64,000 nt of DNA from Felis catus (GCF_018350175.1 NC_058368.1:496001-560000); one strand, 5' to 3'; shown: positions 38,397 to 52,790, numbered from the stretch's first letter. The notes: generated by a model from the sequence alone, not told the origin. Translations and numbers: made by a program.

Positions 38397-39558
38397 GTGT
38401 GTAGTGGGCTAAACAGTTACAATGATGTTTTCTACAATTTATTGTTGAGAAAATAACAGCAAACTATTTGGATTTTTTGACAGCATTTTTGGTCTTATTT
38501 CAAGTTATAACACCTGTTTATTATAGATACCCCATAGATGATTATATGAATTAATCAAAACATTTCTAAAGTAATAATCTTGAGTTGATAATTTGCATGT
38601 CAAAAAACATGCTAGAGAGCATTTCTAAAGCCTTTTGCTATTCTTTACAAACTGAAGAGTTAGTCTTCTAGTGAAATCATATTGATTGTATGCATAAAAA
38701 TGGGTGTTTGTGTAAGTATAGGTTTGAGAAGAGGGATATATTTTTTCAGAACCCTTAAAAGTATTCTTTCTTTACTTTTATTCCAATGGGATACCTTTTA
38801 TTGTGTTAATGATTAGAATTTTCTTAGGTAATTTTTCCGTGTTACTTTTTCTATGTGTACTTTCTCTATTTTCCTAATTCCATGTGAAGCAGAGTATATA
38901 GGCCTTGCAGCACTTTCCTTTCTTTACACACACACATACAGCACAACTGGGAAAATACATTTCAGTTCTATAATTTGCAAACGGTTTAGGAAGATAGACA
39001 AATTTGTAACTTATGTTCCCCCAGCCTGTTCTGGGCTGAAAGAAAAGTTTGCAGTCTGCCTCCCCTGACAGATACACCCATGTTTCACCTTGACAGTGAA
39101 GTCTTCCTGGGGTGCCTGGGTGGCTCAGTCAGTTGAGCGTCCAACTTTGACTGAGGTCATGATCTCGCAGTTCGTGGGTTTGAACCCTGCTTTGGGCTCT
39201 GCGCTGATGTTGCAGAACCTGCTCTCTGTCTCTGTCTCTTCTCTGTCCCTCCCTCTCTGCCTCTCCCCCACTCATGCACACCTGCTTACTCAGTGTCTTT
39301 CTCAAAATAAATAAACTTTAAAACAAGATAAGACAGTGAGGTCTTCCTGATACATTTCACAAACCAACTATCTGTCCCACTTGACTCTCTTCCATGTTAT
39401 TTTCTCTCTGATAGAGTCAGGTACCAAAATAACTTTACTAGGTTGGAAATTTATTTTTCTGACTTGGATAAATGTGGAGGAAATGCCTGTGAGAAGTATG
39501 TTGTTTATAAGGTTTCCTTTTAGTATTTCATATTTACTGTTTTCTTAAATCACTGCAG

Positions 39559-39674
39559 GAAAACAATACAACATGGCCATTACCTGTGAAAATTTTCTGC
39601 AGAGATGAGAAAGGAGAGCGTGTCGATGTTTCTAAATATTTGATTAAAAAGGGTTTGGCTTTGAGAGAAAGGAG
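39559..39674 (+). CDS. RNF17: RNF17 exon (116 nt, phase 0->2) [19 protein letters not shown]...KGLALRER
   Basis: ctgcag| and |gtatgt. Confidence 0.95.
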
Positions 39675-41304
39675 GTATGTACTTTTTTTTTTAACACCAG
39701 TTTATAATGAAGGCTTCTTACTTGCCTGTGTAAATCCTTATATCTGTGTGCTTTCAAACCTGAATTTCATCTTGTTTGCTCCTAATGATTTACAAACTTA
39801 ACCTTGAGAAGCCAGCTCAGAAATAAATTCATTCAGGATTGCTTATTTCTTTATTCAGGTTCATTAGCTCTTACATCTTTAAATCCCTACTGACATTTCT
39901 GTTTTTATGTTTTCCCTTTTGCTTTGGCATTTACACTCTAACCCAAAGGAAAAGAGAATTACATACTGGGTACCATATCTGAGCCCTTTGCCATCATTTG
40001 CTTAGACAGAAATGTTGAAGCTTTATGTTGGAAATTGTGGTAGGTATATACCAAAATGTGTTTATGTGAAACACGGATGGATAGCAGAAAAGTAATTGAA
40101 CAATATTTAAATTTAAAGACCTTTCAGGTACTAAGTTTGTGGTTTAAGGTACCATTGGTACAAGAGGCAAAGGATGAGGATATTGCTATAGCCCTAGCTG
40201 CTGCTTTTTATTTCTCGCCTTCTAGATACAAGGCCTATTAGAACTGCAAACACATGTTCCAAGTAGCCACTTTGTACCATACGTGGCCAGATCTCTTTTT
40301 TTATCTTGCACTATTATAAATTAACTTATTTGGGCCAGGACCCCAGTCCTGATGTAATGGTAGGAGAATGAGAAATCAAAAATAAAATGGGGCATGAAGT
40401 AGTTAGGTAAGCATGGTAGCGTGTACTGGCATACAGCAAGGCTCTGCGTAAAGATACCCTACCCTGCATGTGTGTCTTTTCAGGTTCACTGGCTTTAGGC
40501 TAAAGCAATTCCTTGGTAAAAGAATGGTAAAGTGGAAAGTGCTAGGCAAGTTAATACTGCTAACAAGTACCACCGTGATGTTCTTTACTGCTTTTACGGC
40601 ACTAAAACTATCAGCTGTCTCAAGGCTGAAGTCCAAGTGGGAACGATGTTAGTTGAAGAATTATGTAGCTGTCTCACAAGTGCTTATCTCCTTTTTTTTT
40701 AAAAGAAAGTACAAGAAAGTAGAAGAAACAAAAACCTACAATTCTATGAAAATAAACAATATTTCCTATTGGTTTTTTTTTATAGTAGGCGTACATTTTT
40801 TTAACTGGAAGGGAATGGCAGGAAGTAAAAAAATTATGAGTTATAGCTTATTACCACTGACACTATCTCAGTAGTGCTGAATTATTTTTAAGGGACTTAT
40901 TATTTGTATTATTTTGATAGAATGTGTGTATGTTCTGTCTGTGGACTAAATTAGAATCAGCCTGAAGATGTTGTATTTCCCTTTAAGATCTAGTTAATTG
41001 TACAATACTTGTAATATACTTTGAGATTTTAAGACAGAATAACATGTAAATGTGAGACAGTAATTTAAAACATTTAAGTGAAATTATATTACTTTTTTCT
41101 CAAGCTGATTTATAATTTAAAACAATTTTTATTATAACTTAAATTATGCTCTTTTTTATGTAACAAATTAGACTAATGTATCCTAGACTAGAACAAATAT
41201 TTTCTTTAAATTTCTAGTATATTTGAAGGACTCTCTTTATATCGTTTTCCAAAGAATGTTTTTATTTGCTCATGTTTAGATATATTATTTTTTGGATGTT
41301 ACAG

Positions 41305-41591
41305 AATTAAAAAATTAAATAACAGCCATTCATCTGAGAAGTCTTTGGAAATCCCCCCAGAACAAGAAGATTCAGTGGTTACAAAGTGTATTAAGACTAA
41401 CTTTGACCCTGACAAAAAAGCTGCTGATGTTATCAGTGAACACAAGGTATCTGAATTTAAGCAGAAAATTCCAGAACCAAGAACCACTGGATGCTACAAA
41501 CCACCAGCTATTCCTAACATGAAAGTATTTGAGGCAACAGTTAGCTGCATTGGCAATGATGGAACTATATTTGTAGTACCTAAGTTGTCAG
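41305..41591 (+). CDS. RNF17: RNF17 exon (287 nt, phase 2->1) [12 protein letters not shown]...[11 protein letters not shown]
   Basis: ttacag| and |gtaata. Confidence 0.94.
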
Positions 41592-42918
41592 GTAATATCT
41601 TTTATGTTATGTGGGATTGATTAATCACTAAAAGTAGTAGCTAGCAGCCCAGTTCTCTATGAAGTATACATAGATTGAAATACCTTGGGCAAGGTTTAAC
41701 CTCATTTTCACAGGTTTTTTGTGAAAATAACTCATGCAAAGTGCTTTTCACATAAAAATCATTTGTTGAGACATCAGGGATAGACACTGGGCATAAGAAA
41801 AACATGGAGCTGGTTCCAGGTTTGTAGGACCTGGCACTTATGCAAGTTTGGGAGCTCTCCAAGAGAAAAGAATACAAAAGTTCATATTCTGTAGAATGAG
41901 GAAAGAAACCACAACGAATGACTGGAGATTGGGAGCCCTTTGAGAATATTCATCTCCTTCCTGCTATCTCTTTAGGCTTATGTACAAATGTTTCCTTACT
42001 ACAACCTGGGTGTATCCAGCATACTTTGTAACTAACAGCAGCTCTAGCACTCATGGGTATTTAAGTCCATTAGCTCCATAATAAGTATTCCAGCTATGGA
42101 TAGGGGTATGATGGCTATGCATTTGTTGAAATTTTTGTCTCATTTGTTGACCTCCTAAACCCTGTTTTTCTAATTCAAACACAAAACAAATCTGTGCAAT
42201 TTGCTATTCTAGAAGTGAATAGTCATAGCTAAAGCTGGTTGACTGTTAACGTTGTCAGGCAATGTGCTAGATGTTTTACATTTAATCCCCCGCAATACTG
42301 ATAATGGAGACAGGTTCTGTCATACCAGGTTTACAGATTAAACTGAGGCTCATGGAGGTAAAGAAACAAGATCACACAACTAAATTGGTAGAACTGATGT
42401 GGTAGAACTAAAGTGGTAGAACCCATACTTTGCCTTCAGTGGTATCAGTTATGGGGATATGTATTTACTGTGGAAATGATGAGCCAATTAGCAGCAAATA
42501 GCAACATTAGAATTTTAATTTTATATCCCAGAATTATGTTGTGTCTATCTAAGCATCAAGTAACACCTGACTTGTGTTCTACTTTTACCTAAGTATGCTG
42601 GTAAAATGACATTATCTTAACATGGTAGTTCTTTTATATTAGGCTATCTGTTAATGTGTTTAGAGCTTTTAACCATGCTTTATTCCCAAAATAATGCTTA
42701 CATTTATAACCAGAGATCAGAATAATTATTTACATGCTGTTAGTTCCATGTTTTGAAACGTATGGAAGCTACTGAAGGAGTTATATTTTTATTAAAGCTC
42801 TAGTAGTTCCTTATACTATTATCCCGGTGATGAGATTATTAAAGGTTATTGATGATTTCATATTGAAAATGGGAGGAAATTCTTCCTAAATGCTTTCTAT
42901 TTTTAATAATTTCTTCAG

Positions 42919-43082
42919 AATTTGAGCTAACAAAAATGATGAATGAAATTCAAAGTAATTTAAAATGCCTTGGTCTTTTGGAGCCTTATTTCTGGAAAAA
43001 GGGAGAAGCCTGTGCAGTAAGAGGATCAGATACTATGTGGTATCGAGGCAAGGTAATGGAAGTTGTTGGCGGCAGTATTAAG
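42919..43082 (+). CDS. RNF17: RNF17 exon (164 nt, phase 1->0) [10 protein letters not shown]...[18 protein letters not shown]
   Basis: ttcttcag| and |gtgagt. Tudor WYRG motif. Confidence 0.96.
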
Positions 43083-44766
43083 GTGAGTCTGGTATACTTT
43101 TGTGACTACTTTAAGGCTAAATGTTATAATGTTAAGTGATCTTTAGAGTATAAATACATGAAAGTTTGATTAAAACATGTATTAATGAGTTCAGTCTTGT
43201 AGGAAGACCAGATACATTATACATTTATTCATAATAAGAATTTTTATTTCCAGGGCACCTGGCTGAGTCAGAGTGTGTGACTCTTAATCTTGGGGTCATA
43301 AGTTTGAGCCCCATGTTGGATGTAAAGAGAACTTAAATAGGGGCCTGTGTGGCTCAGCTGGTTAAGCATCGACTCTTGATTTCAGCTTGGGTCATGATTT
43401 TGTGAGATCCAGCCCCACATCAGGCTCTGTGCTGACAGCATGGAGCCTGCTTGGGATTCTCTCTTTGCCTTTCCCCAACTTGCACATGCACACATGTGTG
43501 TGCTTTCTCAAAAATAAATGAATGAATGAATAAGAATTTTGACTTTAAAGTATATTTATTAACTTGAGTAATCAAAAAATATTTCCAGGTAGAGATTTGG
43601 CTTTTGGTGCCTTAATGGTACCACTTACTTGTAATTGGCAGCCCTGTTCGTACACAAACGAGTAAGGCAGCTTGTTTTCCAATATGTTAGATATTTCCTT
43701 AGCAAATTTGTTTACAGCCCAGCTAATTTACCCTTTCACAGTAATAGTTTATCTTTCCAGAATACTGAGGTAGTACTTGAGTTTCATGCAAAATCTTCAG
43801 AGAGAACTGCATATTTTGAAAAACCGCATTCTTGGGGGGAGAGGAAAAATTAAAGAGAAAAGTCTTTTGTTTCTATTTGCACAAGATTTTTATTACATAT
43901 TTGATGATGATACCTAACAATTACAAAGCACTTCAGGTTTTTAAGCTTCTTTCACATGTGTGCATTCATATTTTATAATTCATTTCCAACTATCGAATAG
44001 ATTATTCACATTTTACTAATAAGAAAATTGATATTTAGATCCAGTGACAAGCCCAAGGTCACCATATCAGTGAGTAGTGATGCTGGCATTCATACCTATA
44101 CATCTGATTGCTAAATTTCCAATCTGAGTCGTGTGCTTTTTCTGCTGGACTATAAGCTTTAAATCGTTTTAATAAAAGTGAAATGGTTTCAAATTTTCAG
44201 TATTTGAGCATATGGATACTTAAAGATTCATGTGTTTAAATGCAAATGGGTCCACTTTCACATACATTTGAATTGTTCAGATAACCCTTTTTCTTTTTTA
44301 ATATAAAAGTAAACTAAAAATCAGGGCACCTGGGTGGTTCATTTGGTTAAGCGTCCAACTTCAGCCCACGTCATGATCTCACGGTTTGTGATTTTGAGCC
44401 ACACGTCAGGCTCTGTGCTGACAGCTCAGAGCCTGGAGCCTGCTTCGATTCTGTGTCTCCCTCTCTGCCTCTCATGCTCTGTCTCTGTCTCTGTCTCTCT
44501 CTCTCCCACAGAAAAAAATAAACTTGTTGTCATGACACTTGAACTTTACGTGTATGGAATCTAAATAAATAGGATGGTGGTGAACATTGATTTTTCTCAC
44601 ACTAAGATCTCTGTTTTAAATTTGTATTATACTTTGGTATTTTAATAATTACTTTTTATTTTTTCTTAAGGTCATTTTACATTTCAAGTATACACAATAA
44701 ATTTTTCATTCCTTAACCTGATATCTTTAAAGTTTATCCTGTGGTCTCCTTTAAGAAATAATTACA

Positions 44767-47700
44767 GGGGGTTAGGGGAAGATAGTGACATAGGAGGACG
44801 CTGGGCTCACCGAGTACTGCTGATCACTCAGATTCCCCCTACACCTGCCTAAATAACCCAGAAAACTGCCAGAAGACTAGCAGAACAGATTCTCTGGAGC
44901 CAAGCACAGACGAGAGGCCTACAGAAGAGGGTAGGAAGGGCAGAGAGGCGGTGCACGCTCCACGGACTGGTGGGAGGGAGCTGGAGCGGAGGGGCGGCCT
45001 GCCGGCCAAGCAGAGGCCTTGAGTCTGGCTTGCAAAAGGGGAGGGGCCAGATGGAGTGTGTTCCAACAGCAAACGGGACTTAACATCTGGAAGGTTATAA
45101 GTTAACAGCTCTGCTCGGAGAGCGGGAAGGCTGGAGGACAATGGTAGGGAGAGTTGTTGAGCCCTGGACGACAGAGCTCAGCTTGGCGGGGAACAAAGGC
45201 ATTCGCCAGCCCCATCTCCCTCGCCCATTCCCCAGCCAAAATCCCAAAGGGAACCAGTTCCTGCCAGGGAATTTGCTTGCACCATGCAAACACCCAACGC
45301 TATGCTTCTGCGGATCCATCCCTCTGGCGGTGGGCCTGACTCCCTCCCGGTGCCGCAGGGCCCCTCCCGAAGCAGATCTCCAAAGGATAAGCGAGCTAAG
45401 CCTGCCCCTGCTGCCCCTGTGCACCTTGCCAATCCACCCCAGCTAATACACCAGATCCCCAGCACCAGAAGCCTGGCAGTGTGCAAGTAGCCCAGACAGG
45501 CCACGCCACCCCACAGTGAATCCCGCCCCTAGGAGAGGGGAAGAGAAGGCACAAACCTGTCCGACTGTGGCCCCAGCAGTGGGCTGGGGGCAGACATCAG
45601 GTCTGACTGTGGCCCCGCCCACCAACACAAGTTATTCAAGACAGCACAGGGGAAGTGCCCTGTAGTTCCGCACCACTCCAAGGACTATACAAAATGACAA
45701 AACAGAAGAATTCCCCCCAAAAGAATCTCCAGGAAATAACAGCTAATGAACTGATCAAAAAGGATTTAAATATAACAAAGTGAATTTAGAATAATAGTCA
45801 TAAAATTAATCACTGGGCTTGAAAACAGTATAGAGGGTAGCAGAGAATCTATTACTACAGAGATCAAGGGACTAAGGAACAGTCAGGAGGAGCTAAAAAA
45901 TGCTATAAATGAACTGCGAAATAAAATGGAGACAACCATGGCTCAGATTGAAGAGGCAGAGGAGAGAATACGTGAACTAGAAGATAAAATTATGGAAAAC
46001 AAGGAAGCTGAGAAAAAGATTAAAAAATTCAGGAGTATGAGGGGAAAATTAGAGAACTGAGTGATGCACTAAAGAGAAATAATCTACGCATAATTGGTCT
46101 TCCAGAGGAGGAAGAGAGAGGGAAAGGTGCTGAAGGTGTACTTGAAGAAATAATAGCTGAGAACTTCCCAGATCTGGGGAAGGAAAAAGGCATTGAAATC
46201 CAAGAGGCACAGAGAACTCCCTTCAGACATAACTTGAATCAATCTTCTGCATGACATATCATAGTCATACAGGCAAAATACAAGGATAAAGAGAAAATTC
46301 TGAAAGCAGCTAGGGATAAACGTGCTGTAATATATAAAGGGAGACCGATAAGACTCGTGATGGATCTCTCTACTGAAACTTGGCAGGCCAGAAAGGAATG
46401 GCAGGAAACCTTCAATGTGACGAACAGAAAAAATATGCAGCCGAGAATCCTTTACCCAGCAAGTCTGTCATTTAGAATAGAGGGAGAGGGGCGCCTGGGT
46501 GGCGCAGTCGGTTAAGCGTCCAACTTCAGCCAGGTCATGATCTCGCGGTCCGTGAGTTCAAGCCCCGCGTTGGGCTCTGGGCTGATGGCTCAGAGCCTGG
46601 AGCCTGTTTCCGATTCTGTGTCTCCCTCTCTCTCTGCCCCTCCCCTGTTCATGCTCTGTCTCTCTCTGTCCCAAAAATAAATAAATGTTGAAAAAAAAAA
46701 TTTTTAGAATAGAGGGAGAGATAAAGGTCTTCCCAAACAGACAAAAACTGAAGGAATTCGTCACCACTAAACCAGCCCTACAAGAGATCCTAAGGGGGAT
46801 CCTGTGAGACAAAGTACCAGAGACATCGCTAAAGGCATGAAACCTACAGACATCACAACAACTCTAAACCCATATCTTTCTATAATATTGAACGTAAATG
46901 GACTAAATGTGCCAACCAAAAGACAGAGTATCAGAATGGATAAAAAAAACAAGACCCATCTATTTTCTGTCTATAAGAGACTCATTTTAGACCTGAGGAC
47001 ACCTTCAGATTGAAAGGGAGGGGATGGAGAACTATTTATCATGCCATTGGAAGTCAAAAGAAAGCTGGAGTAGCCATACTTGTATCAGACAAACTAGACT
47101 TTAAATTAAAGGCTGTAACAAGAGATGAAGAAGGGCACTATAAAATAATTACAGGGAGTATCCATCAGGAAGAGCTAACAATTCTAAATGTCTATGTGCC
47201 GAATACAGAAGCCCCCAAATATATAAAACAACTACTCACAAACATAAGCAACCTTATTGGATAAGAATGTGGCAATTGCAGGGGACTTTAACATCCCACT
47301 TACAACAATGGATAGATCATCTAGACACAGGATCAATAAAGAAACAAGGGCCCTGAATGATACATTGGATCAGATGGACTTGACAGATAGATTTAGAACT
47401 CTGCATCCCAAAGCAACAGAATATACTTTCTTCTCGAGTGCACATGGAACAGTCTCCAAAATAGATCACATACTGGGTCACAAAACAGCCCTTCATAAGT
47501 ATGAAAGAATTGAGATCACACCAGGATCTCACACTTTCAGACCACAATGCTATGAAACTTGAAATCAATTACAGGAAAAAGTCTGGAAAACCTCCAAAAG
47601 CATGGAGGTTAAAGAACACCCTAGTAAAGAATGAATGGGTCAACCAGGCAATCAGAAGAAATTTAAAAATATATGGAAACAAATAAAAATGAAAATACAA

Positions 47701-50700
47701 CAATCCATACGCTTTGGGATGCAGCAAAGGCAGTCCTGAGAGGAAAATACATTGCAATCCAGGCCTATCTCAAGAAACAAGCAAAATCCCAAGTACAAAA
47801 TCTAACAGCACACCTAAAGGAACTAGAAGCAGAACAGCAAAGACACCCCAAATCCAGCGGAATAAGAGCAATAATAAAGATCAGAGCAGAAATAAACAAA
47901 ACTATAGAGCAGATCAATGAAACCAAGAGTTGGTTTTTTGAAACAATAAACAAAATTGATAGACCTCTAGCCAGGCTTCTCAAAAAGAAAAGGGAGATGA
48001 CCCAAATAGATAAAATCATGAATGAAAAGGGAATTATTACAACCAATCCCTCAGAGATACAAGCAATTATCAGGGAACACTATGAAAAATTATATGCCAA
48101 CAAACTGGACAACCTAGAAGAAATGGACAAATTCCTAAACACCCACACACTTCCAAAACTCAGGAGGAAATAGAAAGCTTGAACAGACCCATAACCAGCG
48201 AAGAAATTGAATCAGTCATCAAAAATCTCCCTACAAATAAGAGTCCAGGACCAGATGGCTTCCCAGGGGAGTTCTACCAGAAGTTTAAAGCAGAGATAAT
48301 ACCTATCCTTCTCAAGCTATTCCAAAAAATAGAAAGCGAGGGAAAACTTCCAGACTCCTTCTATGAAGCCAGCATTACTTTGATTCCTAAACCAGACAGA
48401 GACCCAGTAAAAAAAGAGAACTACGGGCCAATATCCCTGGTGAATATGGATGCAAAAATTCTCAATAAGATACTAGCAACTCGAATTCAACAGCATATAA
48501 AAAGAATTATTCACCATGATCAAATGGGATTCATTCCTGGGATGCAGGGCCGGTTCAACATTCACAAATCAATCAACGTGATACATCACATTAATAAAGA
48601 AACGATAAGAACCATATGATCCTGTTAATGCAGAAAAGGCCTTTGACAAAATTCAGCAACCTTTCTTAATAAAACCCCTTGAGAAAGTCGGGATAGAAGG
48701 AACATACTTAAAGATCATAAAAGCCATTTATGAAAAGCTCACAGCTAACATCATCCTCAATGGGGAAAAACAGAGCTTTTTCCCTGAGATCAGGAACACG
48801 ACAGGGATGTCCACTCTCACCGCTGTTGTTTAACATAGTGTAGGAAGTTCTAGCATCAGCAATCAGACAACAAAAGGAAATCAAAGGCATCAAAATTGGC
48901 AAAGATGAAGTTAAGCTTTCACTTTTTGCAGATGACATGATATTATACATGGAAAATCCGATAGATTCCTCCAAAAGTCTGCTAGAACTGATACATGAAT
49001 TTAGCAAAGTTGCAGGATACAAAATCAATGTACAGAAATCCGTTGCATTCTCATACACTAATAATGAAGCAACAGAAAGACAAATAAAGAAACTGATCCC
49101 ATTCACAATTGCAGCAAGAAGCATAAAATACCTAGGGATAAATCTAACCAAAGATGTAAAAGATCTGTATGCTGAAAACTGTAGAAAGCTTATGAAGGAA
49201 ATTGAAGAAGATATAAAGCAATGGAAAAACATTCCCTGCTCATGGATTGGAAGAAAAAATATTGTCAAAATGTCAATACTACCCAAAGCTATCTACACAT
49301 TCAATGCAATCCCAATCAAAATTGCACCAGCATTCCTCTCGAAACTAGAACAAGCAATCCTAAAATTCATATGGAACCACAAAAGGCCCCGAATAGCCAA
49401 AGTAATTTTGAAGAAGACCAAAGCAGGAGACATCACAATCCCAGACTTTAGCCTTGACTACAAAGCTGTAGTCATCAAGACAGCATGGTATTGGCACAAA
49501 AACAGACACATAGACCAATGGAATAGAATAGAAACCCCAGAACTAGACCCACAAACGTACGGCCAACTAATCTTTGACAAAGCAGGAAAAGAACATCCAA
49601 TGGGAAAAAGACAGTCTCTTTAACAAATGGTGCTGGGAGAACTGGACAGCAACATGCAGAAGGTTGAAACTAGACCACTTTCTCACACCATTCACAAAAA
49701 TAAACTCAAAATGGATAAAGGACCTGGATGTGAGACAGGAAACCATCAAAACCTTAGAGGAGAAAGCAGGAGAAGACCTCTCTGACCTCAGTCGTAGAAA
49801 TTTCTTACTTGACACATCCCCAAAGGCAAGGGAATTAAAAGCAAAAACGAACTACTGTGACCTCATGAAGATAAAAAGCTTCTGCACAGCAAAGGAAACA
49901 ACCAACAAAACTAAAAGGCAACCAATGGAATGGGAAAAGATATTTGCAAATGACATATCGGACAAAGGGCTAGTATCCAAAACCTATGAAGAGCTCACCA
50001 AACTCCACACCCGAAAAACAAATAACCCAGTGAAGAAATGGGCAGAAAATATGAATAGATACTTCTCTAAAGAAGACATCCAGATGGCCAACAGGCACAT
50101 GAAAAGATGCTCAACGTCACTCCTCATCAGGGAAATACAAAGCAATACCACCTCACGCCAGTCAGAGTGGCTAAAATGAACAAATCAGGAGTCTATAGAT
50201 GCTGGCGAGGATGTGGAGAAAAGAGAACCCTCTTGCACTGTTGGTGGGAATGCAAACTGGTGCAGCCGCTCTGGAAAACAGTGTGGAGGTTCCTCAAAAA
50301 ATTAAAAATAGATCAACCCTATGACCCAGCAATAGCACTGCTAGGAATTTACCCAATGGAGTGCTGATGCATAGGGGCACTTGTTCCCCAATGTTTATAG
50401 CAGCACTTTCAACAATAGCCAAATTCTGGAAAGGGCCTAAATGCCCATCAACTGATGAATGGATAAAGAAATTGTGGTTTGTATATACAAAGGAATACTA
50501 CTGGCAATGAGAAAGAATGAAATATGGCCCTTTGTAGCAACCTGGATGGAACTGGAGAGTGTGATGCTAAGTGAAATAAGCCATATCTGAGAAAGACAGA
50601 TACCATATATTTTCACTCTTATGTGGATCCTGAGAAACTTAACAGAAACCCATGGGGGAGGGGAAGGAAAAAAAAAAAAAAAAGGTTAGAGTGGGAGAGA

Positions 50701-50866
50701 GCCAAAGCATAAAAGACTCTTAAAAACTGAGAACAAACTGAGGGTTGATAGGGGGGTGGGAGGGCGGGGAGGGTGGGTGATGGGTATTGAGGGAGGGCAC
50801 CTTTTGGGATGAGCACTGGGTGTTGTATGGAAACCAATTTGACAATAAATTTCATATATTGAAAAA
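44767..50866 (+). mobile_element. Full-length felid L1 (5'UTR, ORF1 from ATG 45694, ORF2, 3'UTR, poly(A)), inactivated
   Basis: GC-rich 5'UTR, endonuclease motifs NVNGLN/GDFN/SDH, RT motifs QGCPLSP and FADD (~48925-48936), and C-terminal HCWWEC. TSD aaataattaca at 44756-44766 and 50867-50877. Multiple frameshifts, an in-frame TAG at 48841 and a SINE in ORF1. Confidence 0.96.
46489..46705 (+). mobile_element. Young felid SINE inserted in L1 ORF1
   Basis: TSD agaatagagggagag on both sides. Confidence 0.96.
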
Positions 50867-50880
50867 AAATAATTACATTA

Positions 50881-50990
50881 GGGGTGCGTGGGTGGCTCAG
50901 TTGGTGAAGCATGTGACTCTGGATGTTGGGGTTGTGAGTTTGAGCCCCACATTGGTTGTAGAGATTTCTTAAAAATAAAATCTTAAAATA
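50881..50990 (+). mobile_element. Short CAN-SINE directly 3' of the L1
   Basis: tRNA-like head and aaaaataaaatctt tail, flanked by attacatta on both sides. Confidence 0.85.
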
Positions 50991-51174
50991 AATATTACAT
51001 TAAACTGTACTCACCCTAACTACCTGTAATGTACTCAGATACCTTTTATTCAGTTCTATTTCATTGTTTAAATGCTGATTGCCAAACCAACCCAATTAAA
51101 TAGTAATGTGTTAATTTCATTACATTTGGGCAAAATAAATCACTTATTGACATTCCTTATTAACTTTAAAAAGT

Positions 51175-52055
51175 ACATCAAAACAGTATGGCACTGGCAT
51201 AAAAACAGACGCAGTGGAAGAGAATAGAAAGCCCAGAAATAAACGAATGCTTATGTAGTCAATTAATTTATGACAAAGGAACCAAGAATATACAATGGGG
51301 AAAAGACCTTCTCTTCAACAAAGGTGTTGGGAAAACTGGACGGCAACATGCAAAAGAATGAAACTGGATTATATCATATGCTATACACAAAAATTAACTC
51401 AAAATGGATCAAATATTTGAAATAAGGACCTGAAACCATAAAACTCCTAGAAGAAAACACAGGCAATAACTCCTTGATGATGGGTCTTGGTGACCCATCA
51501 AAGGCTGCCAAAGCAAAAATAAACACCTAGGACTACATCAAACTAAAAAATTTCCCACAGCAAAGGAAACCATCAATAAAATGAATAGGCAACTTGTCAA
51601 ATGGGAGAAAATATTTGCAAATCATGTATCTGATAAGGTGCTAATATTCAAGATATATAAAGAACCCATATAACTCAATAGCAAAAAACAATCTGGAAAA
51701 TTTGGTAGAGGATCTGAATAGACATGTTTCCAAAGAAGACATACAGATGACCAGCATGTACATGAAAATGTGCTCAAAATCACTAATCTTTACGGAAATG
51801 CACCTCAAAGCTACAATATCACTTCATACTTGTTAGGACTGTTATTAAAAAGTCAAGAAATAACAAGTGTTGGTGAGAATGTGGACAAAAGAGAACCCTT
51901 GTGCACTGGGAATGTAAATTGGTACAACCACTACGGAAAACAGTATGGAGGTTCCTCAAAAAATTAAAACAGAACTATCATATCCAGAAAGTCCATTTCT
52001 GGGTATTTGTCTGAAGGAAATGAAAACACTCAAAAAGCTGTATGCAAAAAAAAAA

Positions 52056-52093
<38 letters not shown>

Positions 52094-52173
52094 GTATGTA
52101 TATGCACCCCCATGTTCATTGCAGCATTATTTACAATAGCCAAGATATGGAAGCAACCTAAGTGGTCTATTGA

Positions 52174-52223
<50 letters not shown>

Positions 52224-52790
52224 CATATATATATATATATACATACATATAAACACACACATACACGCGCACACATGCATGCAATGGAATATTCAGTCAC
52301 AAAAAAAGAAGGAAAACTTGCCATTTGCAACAATATGAATGGATCTTGAGGGCATTCTGCTAAGTGAAATAAAGTTAGAGAAGGACAAATACCACATGAT
52401 CTCACTTATTTGTGGAATATAAAAAACAAAACACCATCAGTATCAAAAAATACTAAGCTCATGGATACAGAGAACAGATTGGTGGTTCCAAGAGATGAAG
52501 GGGTGGGGGTGTACAAAGTGGGTGAAGGATCAACAAATACGAACATCCAGCTATAAAATAAATCATGGGGATGTACAGCATGGTGACTATAGTTAATAAT
52601 ACTATAATAATACTATATTGTATATTTGAACATTGCTAAGAGTAAATCTTAAAGTTTTCCTCTCACACAAAAAAATTTATGGCGATGGATGTTAACTAGA
52701 TTTATTGTGGCAATCATTTCACATTATATACAAATATCAAGTCATTATTTGTATACCTGAAACTAATGTTATATGTCAATTAAAATAAAT
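51175..52790 (+). mobile_element. Older 5'-truncated L1 (ORF2 3' part, 3'UTR, A-rich tail) containing (CA)n and (TA)n microsatellites
   Basis: Degenerate ORF2 (PMFIAALFTIAKIWKQPK) followed by a 3'UTR ending gtatacctgaaactaatgttatatgtcaattaaaataaa. Confidence 0.88.
52177..52252. repeat. (TA)n microsatellite
   Basis: Long AT dinucleotide run with TACA interruptions. Confidence 0.95.

Noticed and set aside
42387..42424. Triplicated 14-bp unit tggtagaact
   Set aside because: Trivial slippage inside a MIR-like relic.
46804..50367. Series of RT/endonuclease ORFs as an active retroelement or novel RT system
   Set aside because: These are fragments of one ordinary L1 ORF2 broken by frameshifts and a stop, so the element is not autonomous.
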